Source: Pseudogymnoascus verrucosus
Taxonomy: Eukaryota
Length of the DNA stretch: 29,416 nucleotides
Direction: 5' to 3' (one strand)
Assembly (NCBI GenBank): GCA_001662655.1
Contig: KV460287.1
The first letter of the stretch is position 1; the number at the start of each line of letters is the position of its first letter. This document shows, piece after piece, positions 21,213 to 29,416 of this stretch. The notes beneath the pieces are model-generated. The model searched no databases, had not been told where the DNA came from, and was given only the letters and a program-made list of their open reading frames with translations. The position numbers were made by a program, and so were the translations under genes.

Positions 21213-23207
21213 ATGGTTCTAATGGCAACCTCTTCACTCCCTGGCCTTCAAACCTTTGTAGCGCAAATCGGGCTCGATCCACTCCCGACTTTTGCAACAG
21301 CAGATGCTTTGAATAATCCTATTGATATCTACCATTCATATCTCGCAGAGCGCTTGCAGACGCTTGTCGAGTGCGACCCAGATGTCGTCTACCATTCTAT
21401 TCAACTTTCAAAGACAATTGAAGATGGAGACTTAGATATCGTTTTGCCGAAGCTAAAACTAGCTGGCGTAAAGCCCAAAGAGCTCGCAGGCGAGCTTCTC
21501 AAAAAAGTTGGTAAATTCCTTTATTTTAATTGAGGTGGCGGTCCAAAATCTAACGTAACTCTTTGATAGTTTCTACCTCATCCCCTCTTTGCTGCCCCTT
21601 TCAAAGATGGCGTCCACATTCGAGTCCTTTTCTCCACCAAAAATACTCCGCGACTCCTTCTCCCCTATGTCAACGACCGGAAGGCCACTTATGGCAACTT
21701 TCCAGCTCTTGGACTACAAGACCAAGCCGAATCTAAAAGTAAAAAGGTCATCGTCGAGTTCGCACGGCCGAATATTGCAAGGGAGTTCACCATAGACCAC
21801 TTGAGAAGCTCGATCCTTGGTGCTTATGTATCCAACATACATGAAGCAATGGGCTATTCTGTGGTTAGGGTTAACTACTTAGGAGATTGGGGAAAGAATC
21901 TCGGTCTGCTCGGAGTGGGCTGGCAGAAGCATGGCTCGGAAGAGATTGTCAATGAGCAGACAGATCTGTTTAGATATATACACGACTTGTATGCTAAGAT
22001 GGAAGAGGAGCTTCAGCCAGAGCAGGATGCGAGAAAGAAGGCTCGACAAGATGGCCAGGATACATCGGTTCTTGAAAGCCAGGGCCTATTCGCAGAACGG
22101 GACGCGACCTTTAAGCAAATGGAAGACGGCGAGCCAGCAGCGATGGCCTTGTGCGAGAAGCTCCGAGCTATCACTATCGAGTATTACATCGAGACCTATG
22201 CAAAACTCAATATCAAGTTTGATGAATATTCTGGCGAATCCCGAGTTAGTCTTGATTCAGAAGCAATTGCCCAGGTCGAGTCGATGTTGAAAAAGAATGA
22301 TGTTTGGGAAGAGAAGGATGGGGCATGGGTTATTGACTTCGACAAGCACGGTGCGAAGCTAGGTACTGCAGCCATTCGAGATAGAAACGGCTCCACGACG
22401 TACCTGCTCAGAGACATTGCGACAGTCTTCGACCGACTCAAAACCCACGAGTTCGACAAGATGGTATACGTTGTTTGCGAACAAGACGTGCATTTTCGAC
22501 AAGTTTTCAAAGCCGTTGAGATCATGGGTCGTGGAGATGTCGCGAACAAGCTGCAACATGTCACCTTTACCAGAGCTAATAGTCCTGTAGCTCAACCTGG
22601 AAGTACCCAACTGCTAGGTGACATCCTCGATCAATGCGAAAATCATATGCGTGATGCAATGACTGCGAACCCGGATGAGTATCAGATTGAAGATCACGAT
22701 GCAGTTGCAAAAGCGATGGCAATAAATTCCCTAGTTCTCCATCAGCTCTCTCTGAAGAAGGGCGACAGCAACGATCTTGACTTCAATCTCCTTACCTCTC
22801 CAACAGGCGAGACAGGCACAAATCTACAACTGTGCTATGCAAAGCTCTGCTCTGAAATTGCCAGCGTTGGGCCGTACCCAGGTCCAGATGAAATTCCCGA
22901 TCTCGACTACACCTCACTCTCGCAACCCCCTTATTCTGATGTACTCCGACTGATAGCCAGGTATCCAGTCGCGACCCAATTCGCTTTCGAAAAATTGGAC
23001 CCGGGCATAATTATTCTTTATATGTTCCTAGTTATCGATGAGCTAAGTGCTTGTCTTGCTATTGATGAGTTTGAGAGAGTTGAGGGTGAGGGGGAAAGCT
23101 CCTCTGCTGGGTTGAAGCATCTAGCTCGAGTGGTTATGTATGAAAACATTCGACAGGTGTTGGAAAATGGTTTGAAGCTGCTTGGGATTACTCCTATTAG
23201 TCCATGA
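21213..23207 (+). CDS. Arginyl-tRNA synthetase-like protein with degenerate catalytic motifs; 2 exons
   Basis: Exons 21213 (or 21222)-21506 and 21570-23207 are in frame. ArgRS hallmarks VEF..PNIA..F...HLRS, NYLGDWG, FDEYSGES, DRNGSTTYLLRDIA, KMVYVV, LENGLKLLGITP. Confidence 0.9.
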
Positions 23208-23743
23208 GTAATGTGCTGGCTGTACTGTTCAATTCAGACTTGATGTTAATTCAGGAATTACCAACCTATGTATGTGGATTTCAATAGACTCTGCAATCGA
23301 TTTTGGCTGAATCATATGGTATAAGCAGAATTACAACCGTCGAGTCCCGTTTGTCATATCCGAACACCTAATGTCAAGCGTTGCCCCATTTTTCAATGCA
23401 TTCCACCTCCCCGTACACACCAGGAATACCCCTCCTACCCGGGAAGGACTTTAGGCCGCCCAGCCCGAATTCCCACCCCTGTTTGGCCAGTCACACTACC
23501 AACAGACCAACACCAGCGGCCGCTTACAGGCCAGGCCCCTTCCAACCCGCGCGGTACCTCACAGCCAAAACAGTCCACCGCAAACAAAAACAGCTCTCAC
23601 CACAACGCAAACCCGCCAAAATACCACGACCAGATGCGCCAGCCCTCATCCGAACCACCTTCCCCAAATGCCGCCTCCGACCCGCCCCCCCCTCGCCTCA
23701 ATAAGCAACCCAGCACCGTACCTCAACACCCTCCAACACAATT

Positions 23744-24049
23744 CCATACACGCTGCATGTCCTGTGCTGCCGAGAAGAACACGATAATATCTCCAACGCT
23801 CTCTGCACCAGGCGCGAAAGCTTTTCGCTCCCTCCTTCTCAATCCTCCCACCAACCTCCGACGTCCTCACTTTGTGGTATCCCTGCATTCAAAGTTTAAT
23901 TATCCGACTTTTCGACTGCAATTGGTAGTTGACGCGAAGCAGTGGGGTTTCGGTTTGGCAGGAGCAGAAGCTTTCGCATTTGGTGCAGAGAGCGTCGGCG
24001 ATATTATCGTGTTCTCTTCTCGACAGCACAGGACGTACAGCGTGTATGG
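23744..24049. repeat. Imperfect inverted repeat: arms ~23744-23831 and 23961-24049, ~130-nt spacer
   Basis: CCATACACGCTGcAtGTCCTGTGCTGcCGAGAAGA--ACACGATAATATC...CTCTCTGCACCA..GCGAAAGCTT matches the reverse complement of 23961-24049. Confidence 0.9.
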
Positions 24050-24273
24050 CCGCAACCCGGGCAGCTCTCGATCGAGAGCGTCATCCCAGATGAATTACAC
24101 TGGCACTGGGGTATTTTTAGCCGTCATGCACTCCTCAATTGATGTTGGCAGCCTACACATATCCACAGCCAAACTACAACCCTCTTCGGCTTGGGTTTGG
24201 GTTTGGGTTTCGGCGGCTATTCATTCACCGCCATCAGCATCCAATTGGTCTATAGGGAAGAATTGATTACCAT
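24004..24273 (-). CDS. 54-aa Cys-rich double zinc-ribbon-like microprotein; 3 exons (first coding exon is ATG only)
   Basis: Exons 24273-24271, 24216-24157 and 24105-24004 with GT-AG introns give MPPKPKPKPKPKRVVVWLWICCQCNSSGMTLSIESCPGCGHTRCTSCAVEKRTR*. W-x-CC-x-C...C-x2-C-x-H-x-RC-x2-C pattern. Confidence 0.75.
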
Positions 24274-24539
24274 TTATCTTTCTCAAAAGGCCCAGAGGCT
24301 TGATTTTCACTAACCAATGACACCTATCTCTCTTTGATGCTCGGCGGGCTGTTGTTGTCACGTACACAGAACGATAGAGCATTGGACACCTGTCTCTCGA
24401 TGATGCTCGAGGGAACTGGTTTCACAAGCCCCTACAGGAGTAATCGTGGTCGGAACCGACCACCAAATATTGTAAGTACCTTTACATAGTAAATTGTATG
24501 AAAAGGTACATATATAAATTACTATAAATTACTACTATA

Positions 24540-25010
24540 ACGTATTTCACGGGCGAGCTGGTTACTTGGGCGAGCTGGTCACCAAAACACCAAAATTTGA
24601 CTATTACTACTACTACTACACCACTACCCTATATAATAACCCTTATTCGATCGTAATCAATTCCTAGCGCTTCTCGCACGTACAGGCGTTATGCCCTTTA
24701 GTGCCACATACTCTATAGTGCTGCTGTCGGCCTGTAGAACCCACCTACTAAATGGTCTCACTTGCTACCTCCATACAGACTTGAGCATCTACCTTAGCAC
24801 TCTAAAGTATATCCTCTCCCTCTTGTACGGAGAGGCTTCCCCCTTACATTATATACCTCTTACGCTTCCTTTCCCTCCTCTTCTTCTATTCATTTGCAGC
24901 TTATAGAGCCTTAACTTCTACCTTTAGTAGAATAGCAGAATGCATCATAACCTAAGCTCCCTTTATAAGCTAGCTTAGTACATTATTAATTAAGCTAGGT
25001 AAGCTATTCT
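24540..25010 (-). mobile_element. 3' end of a RIP-mutated Fot1/pogo-type (Tc1/mariner) DNA transposon
   Basis: TA followed by TIR ACGTATTTCAC-GGGCGAGCTGGTTAC-TT-GGGCGAGCTGGTCACC (24540-24583, two internal direct repeats). Minus-strand relic EVKAL*AANE...YRVCGTKGHNACTCEKR is the C-terminal CCHC knuckle of Fot1-like transposases. Inner boundary approximate. Confidence 0.85.
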
Positions 25011-25012
25011 AA

Positions 25013-25618
25013 TGTTATATAACATAGTTCTTAATATACTTACGTAAACTATCTATACGTTACCTTACCCATTAATTAGATATAAACTAGCAGGATAATG
25101 CTATTAATTACAACAATAGACAACATAAGGGTAGACGCTTAATATAAATGAAAGTAATAACAGCCCATTATAACGCTATTATAGTCACCTTACTAAGTAT
25201 AGTATAAGATAATAGATTAACCTACCTACACCCTAAAACCCTAAGGCTATAGGCCTTACCTATAGAAACCTATAAAGACAGACCCTTAGGGTAAGTAGAG
25301 GCAAATCCTCTAAGAAACGGACTATCTACATATAAGAGAAAAAACCATAGGAGGAGCAGAGTCGTCTCTCTCTCCTAACGCTAGACAATGTTACATAGCT
25401 TCACACTAGTCTAAATTTACAAGATTAGCGCAAACGCTTTCTATTATAAGATAATATAAAGTAACTCTAAGTTCTTTATAATAAGTATCTATGAGATTAA
25501 CTAGATTATCTAGGAGAGGGAAGCAGCTAAGGATAAGGAAACGCTCTACCTTATTTAGGACAAGCTTCTATATATGCACTATAACTATTCTAATGTCTTT
25601 TTAAAGTTAGAATCTAAT
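25013..25618 (+). mobile_element. RIP-degraded retrotransposon fragments (gag/pol relics)
   Basis: TpA-rich. The right part translates ...IQDKLLYMHYNYSNVFLKLESN (read through a RIP stop), resembling the LP....DY.DVFSK segment preceding Gypsy RT. Left part unresolved. Confidence 0.5.
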
Positions 25619-26153
25619 TGTTACAGCTAGGGCTTTTAGCAGCACTATTGCTAACACCCTAAGTATAGTAGCTATAAACATGTTAGTAAGTTAACTACCC
25701 TTAAGGCAGGGTTAACATTAGGTAACAGAGTTTTCTTAGGCACTTGCTTCTATAGGTACTAGAGAATTCCTAGGCACCTAAGAATTGCTAGGTACTAGAT
25801 AGAGTAGGCACCTAACTCTTTCTAGGTACCTAACTATTATAAGGTACTAGACACAGTAGGTACTAGACTATTCATAGGCACCTCCTTATAAGAACCCTAC
25901 ATAATAGAATAGTAGGAATAGTAAGAATAGCAAAGGAGTTTGCTATTCTAACTATTCCCTTTAGTATAACGCTACTATATAAGTAGATAGTTAGTTCTTA
26001 GATAGGAGCTTTATGCTTAACTTAATATAGTATTTGTTATATACTATAACATGTTTTATAAAAGCCTTTATGTCTAATCCTCTACCTCCTCTATTAAGTA
26101 AACTAATGTAACGAAACCTTTATAAGTCTTATAGTTTAAGACCTAGCGTTACA
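25619..26153 (+). repeat. LTR (~535 bp), subfamily variant of the LTRs at 26238-26693 and 28885-29414
   Basis: TGTTACAGCT...GCGTTACA. The 3' part (from TAGTAGGAATAGTAAGAATAG) is nearly identical to 29172-29414. The 5' part is diverged but keeps AGG(T/C)AC(C)T repeats. Confidence 0.85.
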
Positions 26154-26349
26154 CCTAGTACCTACTAAATCATTCGTTGTGTTTTTATATCTAAAAACAA
26201 CCTATTAGTATGTAACTACACTATTAGAGGGGCTACTTATAACGCTAGGTCTTAAACTATAAGACTTATAGAGGTTTCGTTACATTAGTTTACTTAATAG
26301 AGGAGGTAGGGGATTAGACACAAAGGCTTTCGTAAAACACGTTATAGTA

Positions 26350-26401
26350 NNNNNNNNNNNNNNNNNNNNNNNNNNNNNNNNNNNNNNNNNNNNNNNNNNN
26401 N
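26350..26401. other. Assembly gap (N run) inside an LTR
   Basis: Run of N characters. Confidence 1.
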
Positions 26402-26806
26402 TCCTACTAATCTAATTACGTGTATGTCCTATAAGGGTGCTATACTTATTATAGGTACTTATTCCTATAGGTGCCTTTCTAAGGAGGCACCTTACTCTAT
26501 ATAGGTGCCTTTCCTAATAGGCACCTCTCTTTAGCTAGGTACCTTCTAAGAAAGGTACCTTTTCCTAAAGGTGCCCTCATTAACTAAGCTACCTATAATC
26601 TCTACGTCCATTTCCTACTACTAATTAGCTACAAGCTATTTAACTTTATTACTCTATCTTATAGCATATAGGTTACATGTTTTAGCTATAACACTACGTC
26701 CCCTCCCTTAAGGCCTAGTCCTATAGGCCATTACTAACTAAGAATCTACTAACCTACTTAAGCGTAGTAGGTCCCCTATATTTGTAGGGTAGGCAAGGCC
26801 ACAACT

Positions 26807-27361
26807 ATGTCTTCCTCTAAACACTTAAAAATCAAAGAACGTAAACTACTTACTAACTATATAACCTATAAAGGGGTTGAAATGCCTTCCTATTCCTACT
26901 ATAAGAAACGAGGTCTCTGCTACCTTGCTTCTACATCTTTAAAACGATGTAATGAATGTGTTCATTTAAATTCTTACAACTATAACGTCTCTAGCCCTTC
27001 TACTAGCAACTAGCAGTTACTATAGAAAGAAGAAGATTGTCTTTACCTTAAAACTCACATGACCTATGAAGCTGTAGCAACTGCTATAGCACGTCTTAAC
27101 CACCTTAAGTAACAGTAGGATCTTCTTAAGACCTAAGGTGCTAAGATGCTTCGCTATAGTCTAAAGACCTTTAACAAACTAGAGGAGGTAGAAGAACGTA
27201 AGTAGTAAGAAGCTAAAGCCTATAGTTACCTCGCTAGTCCTTCTATAACTAACCCTAGGAGCGCTACCCCTAAGCATAACTACCTATTAGCCCTTTCTCC
27301 TAGGTTCTTTAACTACTAGGGTGTTAATAGTAGAACTCTACTAGTAACTCTAGGCAGCTAA
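26807..27361 (+). pseudogene. RIP-mutated extra ORF of the Gypsy element, antisense to pol; Cys6 zinc-cluster-like motif plus coiled coil
   Basis: 555-nt frame from ATG 26807 to TAA 27361, interrupted only by TAG/TAA stops consistent with RIP of CAG/CAA/TGG/CGG. MPSYSYYKKRGLCYLASTSLKRCNECVHLNSYNY gives a six-Cys cluster if TAT/TAC are reverted to TGT/TGC. Followed by heptad-like ARLNHLK..DLLK..GAKML...LEEVEE. Confidence 0.7.
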
Positions 27362-28884
27362 GGTTTCCCCTTAACTCCTATAAGTTATCTATAGGTTTAT
27401 AGCCTCTCTATTTTATTAAAAACTCTTCTTAGCGTCCTACTAACCTTTTGTCTAGGATTGCTTTAACCTTATATTTAATAATCTCATTCTTAGGTTGAAG
27501 TTTAGTGTCTGTTGCAATTAGGGTGTCCCCTCTTACTAGTTCTAATAATAAGACATAAAACACTAGGTAGAGCTTAGAGTTCTTAGGTAGCTATAGCTTG
27601 TAATTAACTAAGCTAACTTTCTCTAATATCTTAAATAGTCCTAGTTTCTTAAAGTCCAACTTTATGCTTAGTCATTTCGTTTTAATGTATTTCTAGAGTA
27701 AGTATACTTTATCCTCCTCCTTAAAGGTAGGTTCTATACTACGCTTCCTATTTACATATGTAGTAGATCGTTTATTTAAGAACTAGATGTCCGTTACAAG
27801 TTGTTTCTAGAAGGAAAGTATTTTCTCAACTTTAAGTATTCCTTCCTTAGAACAAAATTTATCTAGCCTTAGCGTCTTATATGCCTCTAGTTACTATCTA
27901 TTGTTAGCAAAGAATAGTAAGACTTTCGTTACCTCTAACAGCGCTAAGTTATATGCAAATTCTACTAAGTGTAGGTACTAAACCTAGTTGTCCTATTCCT
28001 TATTAACGTAGCTTTATAGATATGCTTCTAACGTCTAGTTAGTTTGTTCTATCTATCTATCTATCTATAGATGAAAAGCTATAGACAGCTTATAGTTTGT
28101 TCTAAGCTGCGCTATAACTGTCTACTAGAATTTAGATGTAAAGAGCTTATCTCGATCTAAAATTATCTTGTCTAGGAGTCTATACACTACGACAATGACT
28201 TTTAAGAAGGTATAAGCTAACGCCTTCACGTCTAATGCCTCTATAAACAGCGTAAAGTAGGCTTCCTTTATAAGTTGGCAGTTAGAGACCATAATAGCGT
28301 CTATAACAAATCCTGTCATTAGTTCCTTTAATGGCAGTAACTTAACAATGAAGTTAATTGCTATTAAGGACTATACTTGTCCTAGTGTTAGTAGTGACTT
28401 TAAAAGTCCATATAGTACGTGTCTATTTGCTTTTGATTTCTAGCAAATGTTACATCCTAATATAATTGTTTCTACCTACTTCCTTAAACCTAGGAAGTAG
28501 TAGTGTTATACGATTCGTTTAAAGGTTTATGTTACTCCCTAATGACTATGTGCTAGCAACGAGTGTTGTTCTTATACTAGCAGGCGTCTTATTTAACTTA
28601 GGACATACACTAACCCTTTAAATCAAATTAACCCTTATTCGTTAATAGAGAAGTTTCCTTTAACCTTATTTAAGGTTCACTTTGCTATTTTGTCTATTAC
28701 ATAAGCGTTCTTAAGTCTCTGCTTAAGTTCTATGTCTTCTATAATAGCAATTATAGCTAGTAGTTCATTGTATTATATTCCTACGTCTATTTTCTTTAAT
28801 ATTACTCTAGGTCTTTCTTCCTTTAGGCTAATGTAGTTAGTCCTTCTACTAAGAGCGTCTACTCTTACATTCTTAGAGCCTTTG

Positions 28885-29414
28885 TGTTATAGCTAAAACA
28901 TGCAACCTATGTGCTATAAGATAGAGTAATAAAGTAAAATAGCTTACGGCTAATTAGCAGTAGGAAATGGACGTAGAGATTGTAGGTAGCTTAGTTAATA
29001 AGGGCACCTTTAGGAAAAGGTACCTTTCTTAGAAGGTACCTAGCTAAAGAAAGGTGCCTATTAGGAAAGGCACCTATGTAGAGTAAGGTGCCTCCTTAGA
29101 AAGGCACCTATGGGAATTAGTACCTACAATAAGTGTAGTACCTCTTATAGGACACACACGTAATTAGATTAGTAGGAATAGTAAGAATAGTTAGAGAGTC
29201 TACTATTCTAACTATTCCCTTTAGCATAACGCTACTATATAAGTAGATAGATAGTTCTTAGATAGGAGCTTCGTGCTCAACTTAATATAGTATTTTGTTA
29301 TATACTATAACGTGTTTTACGAAAGCCTTTATGTCTAATCCCCTACCTCCTCTATTAAGTAAACTAATGTAACGAAACCTCTATAAGTCTTATAGTTTAA
29401 GACCTAGCGTTACA
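28885..29414 (+). repeat. LTR (530 bp), inverted near-identical copy of 26238-26693, interrupting pol
   Basis: TGTTATAGCT...GCGTTACA with TATATAAG box and tandem AGG(T/C)ACCT units. Differs from the other copy mainly by C/T and G/A transitions. Confidence 0.92.
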
Positions 29415-29416
29415 AC

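Larger units (their letters stand above)
26238..28884 (-). mobile_element. RIP-mutated Ty3/Gypsy chromovirus, 3' half (RNase H end, integrase, chromodomain, PPT, 3' LTR 26693-26238)
   Basis: Minus-strand relics: KGSKNVRVDALSRR (RNase H end), HHCC zinc finger, ILDRDKLFTSKF and QIDR*IEQTN*TLEAYL (integrase core), KLDFKKLGLFKI (GPY/F), YKVKAILD..FLIK*RGY...N (chromodomain). PPT AAGGGAGGGGACGTAG directly precedes TGTTATAGC. Confidence 0.92.

Noticed and set aside
20762..21316. 184-aa ORF upstream of the ArgRS-like gene
   Set aside because: TTG start, spans the promoter/TATA region and overlaps the real gene out of frame.
23634..24266. 210-aa plus-strand ORF
   Set aside because: Runs through both arms of the inverted repeat and antisense to the spliced zinc-ribbon gene; low-complexity, likely spurious.
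24446..24509. Small hairpins GTGGTCGG-AA-CCGACCAC and GTACCTTTACATA...TATGAAAAGGTAC as a Helitron end or MITE
   Set aside because: No CTRR terminus at the expected distance and no TSD or matching other end.
25730..25890. Regularly spaced AGG(T/C)AC(C)T repeats resembling a CRISPR-like array
   Set aside because: Units are only 7-8 bp, lie inside LTR U3 regions, and the DNA is eukaryotic with no cas genes.
26228..26237. GAGGGGCTAC as a PPT for a plus-strand element
   Set aside because: The stronger PPT on the minus strand at 26694-26713, the pol orientation and the TATA position all indicate the LTR reads on the minus strand.

Overview
Filamentous ascomycete genomic DNA: intron-containing genes with GT-AG/CTRAC signals, and AT/TpA-rich, RIP-mutated transposon blocks at both ends. 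Left end (1-3000): the 3' part of a Ser/Thr-rich CFEM gene cut off by a RIP-degraded LTR element, then a solo LTR with a clean TSD, possibly nested in an older one. Core (3.4-15 kb): a compact five-gene sugar/polyol cluster with an STL1-like MFS transporter and an NAD-type SDR (divergent pair), a Zn2Cys6 regulator, and a 6-phosphofructo-2-kinase paralog divergent from a dihydroxyacetone-synthase-type transketolase. No conventional sugar kinase is present. Next come a frameshifted lactose/cellodextrin-permease pseudogene, an uncharacterised CorA-like membrane protein, and an intact arginyl-tRNA synthetase paralog with degenerate catalytic motifs. A 54-aa Cys-rich zinc-ribbon microprotein missed by the ORF track has its 3' end duplicated as an inverted repeat. 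Right end (24.5-29.4 kb): a RIP-mutated nest with a Fot1/pogo end, LTRs, and a chromoviral Gypsy carrying an antisense Zn2Cys6-like/coiled-coil ORF. All calls were made by eye with no database searches.
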